A stretch of 63,188 bases of DNA, counting the filler, from Rhabdomonas costata (Eukaryota): assembly GCA_019059605.1 (NCBI GenBank). It is 32 parts of 32 records of this genome, joined end to end, with 100 filler letters (N's around TTAATTAATTAA, not from the genome) between each part and the next. Parts side by side here need not be neighbours in the genome. Positions count along the whole stretch, not along the records: positions 11,873 to 13,750 come from JAHMHO010007845.1; positions 13,851 to 15,728 come from JAHMHO010007846.1; positions 15,829 to 17,706 come from JAHMHO010007847.1; positions 17,807 to 19,685 come from JAHMHO010007848.1; positions 19,786 to 21,663 come from JAHMHO010007849.1; positions 21,764 to 23,641 come from JAHMHO010007850.1; 26 more parts are not named here. One strand, given 5' to 3'. Made by a program: the position numbers and the translations under genes. Positions 11,873 through 22,919 of the stretch are shown here, piece by piece (the stretch's first letter is position 1; each line of letters opens with the position of its first letter). The notes beneath the pieces were generated by a model. It worked only from the letters and a program-made list of their open reading frames with translations. It did no database searches and had not been told where the DNA came from.

Positions 11873-13570
11873 GTGTGCGGACTGCGTCTCGGGATGGTTC
11901 CCCACCGACCAGTGCAACCTCACCTGCGCCAGCACCGCGCAAGGCACGCCACACTCCTCCCATGGACACATTGTAACTAGCCGAGTGTCACCGGTGGAAA
12001 GTGTTGATGAGATTTCTGTCTCTTTTGGGGGGAGTTGGCTCCAACAGGTGCATTGTCCGCATCTTTCCGGAAAAACGTGATCTCATACTCTTTGTGCTGT
12101 TGCTTGCCTGAGCGCAGTTGCAAGAACAGACAGGTGCAGTTGATTGTGGTGGGAGGTGCACGAGAGACCATCTGGAGGCTTGTGAGGATGTGACAGCCAA
12201 AGACAAAAGAGGAGGGCAGAAGTGTGCTCATACGCCGTCGGTGCCTGGGATATTACTTCTAGTGGCTTGAGGCGCTGCTGAGGTGTTGTTCTAACATGTG
12301 TATGTGCGCTTCTTGTCTGTATGCAAATGCAAATACATGTGTTGTCAACGCCGCTCAAGCCACGAGAAGTGAAAGTCCTCCGCCCGCTTCCTTTTTTTAG
12401 GGCTCTGCAATGCCAAGGGCACCTGCGTTGCGATTCTGGGGCTTCCCACGTGCCAGTGCTACAGCACCGTCAGTCAAGGGTTTGTGTGGAGCACGTGAGG
12501 GGGCCTTCAGTTCTCATTGTTTGTTGGCTTTCTTCCCCCCCCCCCCCTCCTCCCATGATCTGATCTACAAATGATGATCTTTTCAGCTTTTTATTTCCTT
12601 GTTTTTTTTGTTTGCCCTTCATCAGGAGCTCAGGCTAAGCAACAACGTGTTAGGATGATGTGCGTGTGTGAGGGAAGTGAGTGGAGGGTAGGGGGCGCAA
12701 TAGGATTGCCCTTGCGCGGACACAGACGTGTTTCCGGCCCGTACCATTGAAATGTGCTCAGCTGTCTAAAAGCAGAGTCGAACCCTTACGGGTGGCACTC
12801 GCTGAAGTCCATAGGTTAACGTGGCGTGTTTCAGAATGGAGTGATGTGTATGTGGGAGGGCGATTGTTGCTGTTTAGACTTCCATGAGGTCTTTGACGTG
12901 CCTGCTGCGCGCTCTGGTTGTGTCGGCCTTGCTCGCCAGTGGGGGTCGGGACGTGCACAGGTTCTGGGAGGAAACGGACTGTTCGGCATGCCAGGCGGGG
13001 TACTACGGCGCGGCCTGCCAGAGCCAGTGCCCCGGCGGAGCGTGCAACCCGTGTAGCACACACGGCACATGTTCCGACGTATGCCGTTGCATTATCATCC
13101 ACTACCCCACACTTGTTTTGTTTTCTGTCGAGAAGAGAAACCAAAAGGGCGAATACCACACAAAAGATGCCCTGCAAAAGCTGAGGTTAGTGCATAAGCT
13201 CCGAGCATACGCTCCGAGTGTCGTGATGCGATTGGCCGTTAATGTCGCCTGAGCTGACCTGACGCGACACCACATAATCCTTCAATGTGGCACCTGACCT
13301 GGCAATGTGGCACCTGACCTGGACATACATGTGCTCTGGCAGGGCATCTCCGGCACGGGGCAGTGCACGTGCTACTCGGACTCCACTCGGGGGTACTGGA
13401 CGGGCTTGAAATGTGACAGCTGCCAGAAGGGCTACTATGGCTCCGGCTGCACCGCCGCGTGCCCGGGACTGTCCTCGGGCTCGGTGTGCTACGGCCGCGG
13501 CTCTTGCTTCGACGGGGAGATGGGCAACGGGTCCTGCAGCTGCTACAGCCCCGCACTGATCGGCCACTGG
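11873..13570 (+). CDS. Laminin/EGF-like Cys-rich repeat protein, exons 11873-11943, 12401-12479, 12961-13078, 13343-13570
   Basis: CSACQAGYYGAACQSQCPGG..CSTHGTCSD|GISGTGQCTC..CDSCQKGYYGSGC; all junctions in frame; first intron is GC-AG. Confidence 0.9.
13283..13322 (+). repeat. Perfect 20-bp tandem duplication (CAATGTGGCACCTGACCTGG)x2 in an intron
   Basis: Direct reading. Confidence 0.9.
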
Positions 13571-16362
13571 GTGCGCCCCGTTTGCGCACGCACACACTTC
13601 CGCGTATCATCAGTGCTTGCATCACGTTCTTCGCAGCCTGCGGACTTCTCCGGTCCTTTTTATTTCCATATATGGTCTCTCGCCACGCTTTGAACGGACT
13701 GTGTGTAGTGTTGTCCTTGGAGGGAAAATTAAGACTTCTCCAACCAAAACNNNNNNNNNNNNNNNNNNNNNNNNNNNNNNNNNNNNNNNNNNNNTTAATT
13801 AATTAANNNNNNNNNNNNNNNNNNNNNNNNNNNNNNNNNNNNNNNNNNNNGGGTGTGTGGTGATATGACATGAGGGCGGCTGCGCGTGGGAACCAAAGGT
13901 ACTTAGGGTCGGAGGATGCCTGCTGGCATTACGTGTTCACCAAGAACCGTAGACGGACGGGGGTGAAATGCGCGCACACACTCCACCACCCCGACTCGAC
14001 ATTTCATTCACAGTGAAGCGACGAGAAGGAATTTCCGATTCCTTTGAAAGGCGTGCTGCTGGGTACCCTTTGGGTCGGCTTATGTCCTCCGTCTTAGCAG
14101 CCTTCATGAGATGGTCAGATCTCTCAGGCGAAAATCGTCCTTTCAACCTGGTCGCACCACTTTCAGCCCTGCGAGTGCGCGTCGGATGGCGCCGACGAGA
14201 TGGGATTTGGTCTGTTCGACGGCGATTCCAGCCCCCCTGCGGAGCCCTCCCCTTCCCCGACCCTAGACTTGTGCCTTGCAGCGCCGCCACAGACCGAAAT
14301 TCCTGTCTGGGATATGGAGCAGGTCCTTCTTTGTGAAGGGAGAGTCAGCGAGAGACCGATGTCTGTGTTACCCAGATTTGTGTGCACTGTGAGGTTTTAT
14401 ATTATATGGCTGGTCCCTGTGGCGAGGGTATCACAAGACGGGCGCTTTTGTGATTCGAATCACGAGATGTCCGACATTGTGATGGATTACCGCTGGTCAG
14501 GGTTTTGTCAGTAGTCGGCTTTCCGTGTGGCAGATTCCTTTCTTCGCTGCCTTAGTCGCAGCCCGCCGCAGTCACATTTATGTCCCATCACATCAGGGAT
14601 CAGCGACCTGGACCTTTTGCGGCAGACAATGGGCTTGGTGAACTTCCTGCCCTGGCTTGAACGTTGCAATGTGAGTTGTGAAGGAATTGGGGTGCTTCTC
14701 TTTTTGTAAGGGACGGCCCTGCTGATGATGCATTTTGAGCCACGCGCGGTGTGTGGTGCTGTGCAGGAAAGTGCTCGGACGACCTCTGACGAGTCTCGCG
14801 CTAAGAGTATCCTTCACTCTTTCACCGTCTCTTTCCTTTCTCCTGTGCATGGGGGTGTGCATATTGACCGGTCTGGCATGGTTTCTCCTTGCATTTTGTC
14901 TCACCAACAAATGTTATAGGAATTTTTTGAGCATCGTCTTGAGGCTGTGCGTCCCCATCGCCGCTCATCAAGAGGGGAACGCGTCGCGTTGGCTGCAGAG
15001 GCGCAAAGGGCCTGTTTTTCTCATGCCAAAAAGTCGAACGTTTCTTCTACTGTGGTGCAATTTTACTACACTGACTTGGAGCCCCTTATGCCGTTTTCGG
15101 TGAGTTTGTGGTGGGCCCGCCAATATTATCCCGTGGTACTGACCCTTCGCGCGTAGTGTGTATTGGAATCATGAATGCTGTGTGGTTTTTCTTTTTAGCC
15201 AGCCGTTTCCTTTTTTTTTTTTGCTTTCGGCACCTTTCACTCTCTGAGCAGATGATCCTCCGGTTTCTAAACTTGATTTCCAATAGAGATTTTTAGCCTT
15301 CTATCTTCATCCAATTTCCGATGCAAGGGTATGCGACGAAGTGCGAAAAATTTTTCTTTCTATTAGACTGATTTTGGGGGAGAGAAAATAGTTCTGCCGG
15401 ATTTAATGACCAAGCTGGGTAGTTATTCAGGCAGGGTACAGTTGAGAACAAACATCTGGAATTGCCCTGGGTGTTGACACGGAGGGCCACAATCCGGACA
15501 GGATGAATGGCCGCAGAGAAAAAAAAAGAGAACTGAGGCATTCAACGGGGTTTCCCCCGGACTTTCTTCGCTGGAAGCTGCGGCTGGGAAACTTGGCATG
15601 CCATGAGTTTGACCAGTTCCTGGATGGGTAAATAAACGTGTCCATGGCGACATACCTCCTAATAAAAATGCTGCTGTTTTCTCGCAGTTGCGTTCTTTTT
15701 GTGTCGACACATCCGCAGCCCTCCCCACNNNNNNNNNNNNNNNNNNNNNNNNNNNNNNNNNNNNNNNNNNNNTTAATTAATTAANNNNNNNNNNNNNNNN
15801 NNNNNNNNNNNNNNNNNNNNNNNNNNNNTGTGGTTGTTCATTTTGATCTTGCTGGGAATGCTGGCAGAGGGGAAGAGGGGAAGTCCCCCATCCGCCTGTT
15901 GTTCATGCGGCACAGAGTCTAGCCCAGGAATGCAGGGGTGCACTGCCCCGCCTGAATCGGGTTGGAATCCAGCAGATGGTGTCGCTACCTCGCTGAATAC
16001 AGAAACCACCTTTGGTGCGTGCGAAACCTCCGGAATGGAATTGTTCTTTTTGGAGCCGTTGGATGCTTTTTCATTCCTTTTTTTTTTCGTCCATCGCCAA
16101 AAGAAGCACTGTTTGGCTTCCAATCAACCTTACCTTAAAGTGTACCAGGAAGGTTCGTTTCGAGGCCAACTCAGAAATGAATTCGGCGTGTCCTGCTTTG
16201 TGCAGTTGTGGGCTGGTCTTCTGTCTCCTGCGGTGTGGTTTGACTGCTCCCCTTTTGGACGTCTTGTCGGCCTCCCGCTTGGTACCCCTCCCCCACTGCT
16301 TTTGCTGTGCCTTCTCCATCGCGCTCGACCTTGCCCCTTTCCCAGCCCGTTCCTGCGCAACC

Positions 16363-17240
16363 ATGCGAGGGGTGAAGCCCGCGAGGAGGAGGCTGTTGGG
16401 GCCAAAGAAGAGAAAGCTGGTGAGCTTTGCTCCCCCACCCCCTGGCCGATGTTTCTTTTTTCTCTTCTCATTTACCCATTGGGTTGGGTTGGGTAAGAAT
16501 ATATTCACGTGTCGCTGGCCAAGCTGGTGTGGTTGCACAAAGACGCTTGTTTTGGAGGGAGTATGAGTTAGGGTACCGCCCGGGATAGCATGAGTGGTAT
16601 GTCACCCCATCTTCGAAGAAGTACAGCCCACGAACTACAGCAGTTGTCTACTACTCCGCAGCTGGAAAACATCGGTATATCGAGGGAAAGTAAATGACGC
16701 GGTTGGTGTAGGTCAGCGTACGTTTTCCAGAACATCAGAACATCAGAACATCAGGCCGGGACAACAATTTTCTTATTTTTGAAAGGGGGGTTTGGGCCCA
16801 ACCTGGGGTTTGGATGCAAGGATGCGAGGCCCGTTCCCAATATCGTGGCAGCTGGTTGCCCCCATCCAATGGGTTATCCCTTTTTCCTCTGTGCCTCCAT
16901 GAAATAGGTCCATGCAGAGATTCCAGAGGGAAATACTGGTCTGGTACCCCCAACACTTGCACCAACTATTCTGCTTTTTGCAGCGTCGGAAGTGCTTCGG
17001 AACTGTAAATACCATTAAAAGAGGAACGACCTATGTAGCCCCACCGGGCCACTCACTCAATCACTCACTCACCCACGCACTCACTCACTCACTCGCTCGC
17101 TCACCTACGCACAGCCTCTTCAGAAGGGCTTGTGCGGGGTGCACGGGCAGCAGCGGCTGATGATGTACCTTCGCCGGCTTCCTGACGGGAGCTACCGCTG
17201 CGCGGACACCCCCCTGCAGCGCTGCCAGGAGAGCGCCAAC
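16363..17240 (+). CDS. Small zinc-finger protein (C-x2-H...C...C), exons 16363-16419 and 17115-17240
   Basis: MRGVKPARRRLLGPKKRKL|PLQKGLCGVHGQQRLMMYLRRLPDGSYRCADTPLQRC; GT-AG, in frame; basic NLS-like N-terminus. Confidence 0.7.
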
Positions 17241-17354
17241 GTGAGTGCCTCCAGTGTCCATTGTGCTTTTGCCCATTGTGCTGCTGTGGTCGAATGTGGA
17301 TGTATTTGAATTCGGATTTGGAGACTATCAGTGATTGTGAGTGTTGAGTTTGGC

Positions 17355-17593
17355 CAGGGTCAGCCACTTTTTTACGAACGCAGAAAAACCTTAAAAGAAA
17401 CCCAAAAGAAACGAAAAATCCAGGGTTCCCGAAAAACGTTTTAAAAATATGTATAAAAACATCGTTCAAAAATTCGGACGTTAAGGATGATTTAGTAAAA
17501 ATTGACCTTGGCCTCCTGTGAGGTGTCTTTAAAAAATCGTTAAAAACGTTTATAAGATTTCCCAAAAGCTTTAAAAAAAAAAGGCCGATCCTG
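17355..17593. mobile_element. Non-autonomous DNA transposon (hAT/P-like MITE), 239 bp
   Basis: TIRs CAGGGTCAGCCACTTTTT and AAAAAGGCCGATCCTG; flanks GTTTGGC and GTTTGGG (6/7 TSD); AT-rich interior. Confidence 0.7.
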
Positions 17594-17810
17594 GTTTGGG
17601 GGTAAGCTTTCCTTCCTGATGCTTCCACACTCACTCACTGCCACTTAGGAGCGACTGGCATTTTATGTTCTTGATATAACCCAAACAAACCAAACACACC
17701 CACCACNNNNNNNNNNNNNNNNNNNNNNNNNNNNNNNNNNNNNNNNNNNNTTAATTAATTAANNNNNNNNNNNNNNNNNNNNNNNNNNNNNNNNNNNNNN
17801 NNNNNNTTTG

Positions 17811-17990
17811 TCCGCGTCACCTCAAAAAGGCACAACTTCCAAAAGTGTGCACTAAATCAGGCGTTTTCGGACTTAGAAGCTAAAACGGGTGAAGAAAAAG
17901 CTGGTCTCCAGAGCATCTCGGTTGTGCTTATTCCTTCAAGCTGATTTTAACTTTCTACGGTCACCTCTTACTTTTGAGGTGACGCGGGCC
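17811..17990. mobile_element. MITE-like element with a 16-bp perfect TIR
   Basis: CCGCGTCACCTCAAAA (17812-17827) and TTTTGAGGTGACGCGG (17972-17987); related ends at ~32693-32711 and ~34805-34834. Confidence 0.7.
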
Positions 17991-18899
17991 ATACACCACA
18001 CAATACCAATGCCATGAACTTGCAAAACCAAGCAAGCGATTCGACAACTGTTCCCTCATTGAACCGCTCTATCTCCAAACATTCGATATCTACCGGAGCA
18101 CAATTTCACAACTCTATCAATTGTATTCATCCTACAACATCCCTTCTTTCACCATTGAACTTTACCCCAAGATAACCTGCCAATACCATCAGAGCAGCTC
18201 TTCTAAATCATCACCATACCATCGCTCACACTACCAAATCACTAAATTAGGAAAAGCCACTCAGCCGCTCCACTTTTGCGTCTGTACAACTCGCTGTACT
18301 TTACAATCCATACTGATCTATGCTCTTAATTTGAACATTCTATTTTCATTGGATTGGACTCTCTCACCACAGCAACCTTGCCTTTTACGTGTTTGTTGTG
18401 GCACTTTATTGATGTATCTCTGTGTTGCTGCTACCTCCCTTTCCAGGCCGTAAAGAGGTATCTCGTACCACATACTTAAACAGCCGATTATTGTGCGTAC
18501 CTACCGTTTTCCATTTCATTTATTTTTATCTGCTGTTACCTTTACTTATTTTTTATGTGTGATATTTTTATTGACCAAACTATGACGTCTTCTTCCTGAA
18601 AGCCACAACATTTTGAGCTTTACCGTCTACTTCCACTGATGAGACGCGGAACACAGCTCGCACGCTAACCATGGTGCTGCGAAACCCTGCATAGTTTGTA
18701 GACAACATCCGTAGACCTCAGCATACCCACCATCCTGAAAATTTGTACTTCTTCTTTCTCATCCTCAAGTTTACGAACTTTCCTTGCCACAACCCTCCCT
18801 CCTGTCACAATTGTCATCTGTTTTGACCAAACTAATAATAATGACTACACACATTTTGAAACAACCTTCTCACGAATTGTCTTTCGCATAAACAAAAAA

Positions 18900-19200
18900 C
18901 GATTTGTATCAAGTCCCTGCCTTCCACCAGTTACTGTCGAAATATTATCAATTCAGCACACATTTTTTCCATTCATCCTATTTCTCACACAAAGTTCTGC
19001 CCATTGGCAAGTCCCATTATACTCCACTCTAGTCAGATTTTATGACCCATTCTATCGCCCATTATTCCCTCATTCATCTGGTGGGCCAAATCCTGAATGG
19101 ACAACACCTTTTACACAACAACGTTCTTTTGACAGACTGTTCTGCACATCGGCATCAACCAGCGCCTCGATTCGAGTACCATGCGTTACATTGCACTTTT
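18900..19200 (-). mobile_element. Decayed retropepsin-like (LTR retrotransposon protease) relic
   Basis: GTRIEALVDADVQNSL resembles ALVDTGAQ; a GLANGQ motif follows; stops in frame; AT-rich ORF-poor contig. Confidence 0.45.
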
Positions 19201-20177
19201 TATCCACTAATCCCATCGTTGCCACGTTTTGTACAGTATTGCATGTTTTTGCACGGTTGGCCTTAGGTTAATTAAAAATTCAGGTTTACCGCTGAAATTT
19301 GTCGGAAAATTTCCAATTTTGTTTTGCAAATTAACCATCGTGCTTTAGAATTAATATTATGAATATTCTTTTCTGAGAGTTTTCCCAATGATTTACTTGT
19401 AAATTCCCTCTTGGATTTATTTTACTTCCTTCAGGTCTTCCGAAAAACCCCCTACTTCCAACCGGCGTGTCGGAATTAGCCGGCATGCTTTGTAAGCAAG
19501 AATTGTAAGCAAATGTTCACATGCAGTTACTAGATCGCTAGCCAACTTCAAAGCGAAAAGAAAATTGACTTGTACTTACCACTCTGCAATTATCCACGCA
19601 AAAATAGCATTGGGTGACTCAGTACAAAATAGTTTTTCATGACAATACACAATTGTTTCTTCAATCCCAGTACCTCTACAAACAANNNNNNNNNNNNNNN
19701 NNNNNNNNNNNNNNNNNNNNNNNNNNNNNTTAATTAATTAANNNNNNNNNNNNNNNNNNNNNNNNNNNNNNNNNNNNNNNNNNNNGGGTGCCGCCTCACC
19801 CTCCGCCTGCTCCACCAGGATAAGGTAACTGATGTCGGCACTTTCGAAATGAAAAGAGGGTCCGGCAAAGTGCGTTGGTGCTCCCGAGATATGTGTATTT
19901 TTGGTTTCCACGCCAAAATGGTGCTGGCTGAGTTAAGCTGTCAAGAAGCGGCAAAGACACACCAATACGTATGCGCGTCGTAATAACAGGCGACAAAGAG
20001 AGGTGGCGGAAAAATCCATCACATTGCTGAATTGACATGTTTCCTTTTTGGCAGACCTGTGAAGTGAAACTTTTTGGCTCATGCTCATTTGTCCTTTGAT
20101 GCAGGTACACGTCATATAATCGTATCAGGAAGTGGGGAGGCAGTGAGAAATCCAAATATTCGGACCCACAATCCAAA

Positions 20178-21611
20178 ACCTGGGGGAAGAAATGTCCCCT
20201 GCAGCCGAAAGAACTGGTGTCCCCGAAGCTCTTTGCAGGAGGGGCGGCTGCTCGGCTCCTGCCTCACGCACTGCCCGACAAACTCTCGCAAGGACTCGGG
20301 CCAGGACACCTCCTCACCCTCACCGCTACTATCCAAGGAGTCGCTGGGGATGATCGTGTGCAGGGTGGCGTTTTGGATCGCGACAGCTAGCGTCAACATA
20401 TTGGCGCACCGCTCGAAGGCCAGCGGAAGACGCCCCGTGAATAAGCGCACCACAACAATCCCCAGGCTCCTGCAAGCGTCATACCATATAACAACGTCAT
20501 TCAGTTCAATCCACACACACACGCCTCCCCTCCTTGCTTGTCCAAGTCATATCCCACTTGCGTTGTTTAGATTTTTCAAAGGCTAAAGCATGCGAGGGGT
20601 CTTGAAGCCTCAAGTAGGTATGATTTACTGTACCCGCGCGAAGGAGAATACACTGCTGGAGTGACTCTGGCGTACCGAACCCCTGGATGGGTCATCGTCA
20701 GCAGGGCACCAACTCCACATGCCTGGGGTGAGTCTCTGGAGGGAGGCACACCACACATACAGACAATGCTCAGCTAAAAGGGTCGGAAGGAGGAGGTTGG
20801 CGGAGGGCATGAGGGGCACAAAAGCGAACCAGATGTCCCAACTCGTCTCGACGGAATGGGCTACGCCCGCCTCAGGAGGCATGTACTGCGGAGTCCACAC
20901 CAAGTCTTGCGTAGAGTCGTCGAGGGAAGGAGTCACCAGCATACCACCCTTTGCGAACAAAGTGGCCGATCACAGGGCAAACCGTGTTCTCCACTACGCA
21001 GCCTGTTTCGTTCCGGTTCCAGGTGCACGGCACCGACGACAGTCGGTGGGAGAATGCATTGCAACAAAACCGCGGAAAGCACATGACCAAATAAACCCTA
21101 GCAAAGCCCCACAACTCCCTCCCACTGCTCTTTATACCCCAATTTTGATTACTCCACGGCTGGAGAGCATCAGGTTCGCAGGCTTGATATCACGGTGGAC
21201 GAGTTTCACTGCGGTGCGGCAGGGGAGTCGGTGCGGCAAAAAAGAACATCGGTAATCCTCCAACTCGTCTCACTCGTCGAATGAATGGACAAGTCCAAAA
21301 CTTCCTGAATGTTTAATGTGTTCAGGAGGACCGGAGGATGGAAATTGGAAGCTCAAATGAAGGAGCTTTCATCCAGTTCGCAACACACCGTGCGTGGTGA
21401 ACATAACACCAAGGGAACTTCAGTTGACATATCCAGATCATGCATCCCACAGATGAGCGCATGATCGCACAACGATCGCAACAAAAGAGAGTGGGAAGGA
21501 AATGCACATGTGGGAAAGAGAGAGAGGGGCCCTCGGAGTGCAGGTAGTCCAGGCCATCCAGGATCTGCCCAAGATATTTCCTGAGCTCTTCTCCAGCAAT
21601 CCTGCCAGCGC
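20178..21611 (-). CDS. Ser/Thr protein kinase (STE-like), exons ~21611-21531, 21208-21138, 20948-20830, 20469-~20178
   Basis: LRKYLGQILDGLDYLHSE|VKLVHRDIKPANLML..IKIG|..WTPQYMPPE..WDIW|SLGIVV..EFVGQCVRQEPSSRPSCKELRGHQF. Confidence 0.9.
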
Positions 21612-22126
21612 AGCTCAGGAAATATCTTGGGCAGATCCTGGATGGCCTGGACTACCCCCACAANNNNNNNNNNNNNNNNNNNNNNNNNNNNNNNNNNNNN
21701 NNNNNNNTTAATTAATTAANNNNNNNNNNNNNNNNNNNNNNNNNNNNNNNNNNNNNNNNNNNNGTTTTTGGGGCTATGGGGATGGATTTTTGGGGCAAAA
21801 AGCTGTGAAAGGTGGGGCATTTTGGCGTCGAAAAGGGGTCAAAAGGGGTGAAAATGAGGGAACTTTGGCCGCTTGGGTAAAGCGGTGATTCGGTTGGTTG
21901 CAATAGCGGCAAACCGCGGGGAGGGGTCACCCTTCCTTGAAGCAGGTGTAGCCCACGTTGGGATAAGCATGCACCCTCGTTTCGTTACGGGACTCCTTAG
22001 CGCTGCGCGCTGCGCCCTTACTTGTTTATATTGATTCTTCGATTATTAGGAATGCGATGTCTTTGCTGTGTTTATATGGTACGTTCATAATTGTTTTCTG
22101 TTCTGGATATTTTTTTTGTGCTTTAG

Positions 22127-22919
22127 GACATCAATGCGGCTGTGATGAGAATGGTGGGCATCACAATGGGTGCAGTACTCGCATTGGGCTTGGTCAGCAG
22201 CATACTGATTTCCGCGCTGATTACCATACCTTTGTTTCGGCTTGCCCACGGAATGAGCCAGATGGCCGTGCTGAAGATCGAAGATGATGAGGCTAATGGC
22301 TCGCTTCTTGCGACGCGATCCGGATTCCTGGAAGTCTCCATTTGTGAGAGCTCCTTTCTCGCCCTGGAAAGGTGTGCTTTTGTTGCTTTTCTCGCAATTT
22401 GTGGCGTCGCTGTCCGAGCTGTGCTGTATTCTAATTCTGGTTACTTCCATTGTGATTGTTCCCTCGCTGTGTTGTACTTTGCTTTGCTTTCCAGAGGTCT
22501 GAAGGCCTTCGTGAGGTACGTGCCCCGAGACGTCGTGAAGATGATGCTGACTGGATCGATGGAAGTGGGCAGCTGGATGGTGCGCAAAGTTATCAGCATC
22601 ATGTTCGCCGATGTTTCGGGCTTCTCGACGCTATGCGAGCAGATCCTCTCTGAAGAGCTGGTGCTGCTGATGACGCAGTATGTGCTGGGTGGTCTTTCTT
22701 GTTGGGGGTTGTGAGCTCGGGGTTGTGAGCTTGTCCATTTTTCGTACGTTTCTTGTTTTTTGTTTTTTTGGCCTTCTTATGTTTGTTGTTACATTAACGG
22801 ACCTTGACGGCTTGCTTGACGCTCTCTGATATGTGCAACTTCGATACGCTTTTGCCTTCTTCAGGTACTTGCAGTCCATGTGTGAGGCGATAGTTCAAAC
22901 CAAAGGAACCCTCGACAAA
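22127..22919 (+). CDS. Receptor-type class III adenylate/guanylate cyclase (TM-HAMP-cyclase), exons 22127-22371, 22495-22677, 22865-22919
   Basis: TM helix, IPLFRLAHGM, FVRYVPRDVV, ISIMFADVSGFSTLCE, YLQSMCEAIVQTKGTLDK; GT-AG, in frame. Confidence 0.92.

Noticed and set aside
20178..20200. Possible GA donor after the last kinase-domain exon
   Set aside because: A fully canonical GT-AG path through a small exon near 20056 also keeps the frame.
21543..21656. Perfect 45-bp inverted repeat (21543-21587 and 21612-21656)
   Set aside because: It is an inverted copy of kinase coding sequence at the very end of a contig, typical of a fold-back/template-switch library artefact.
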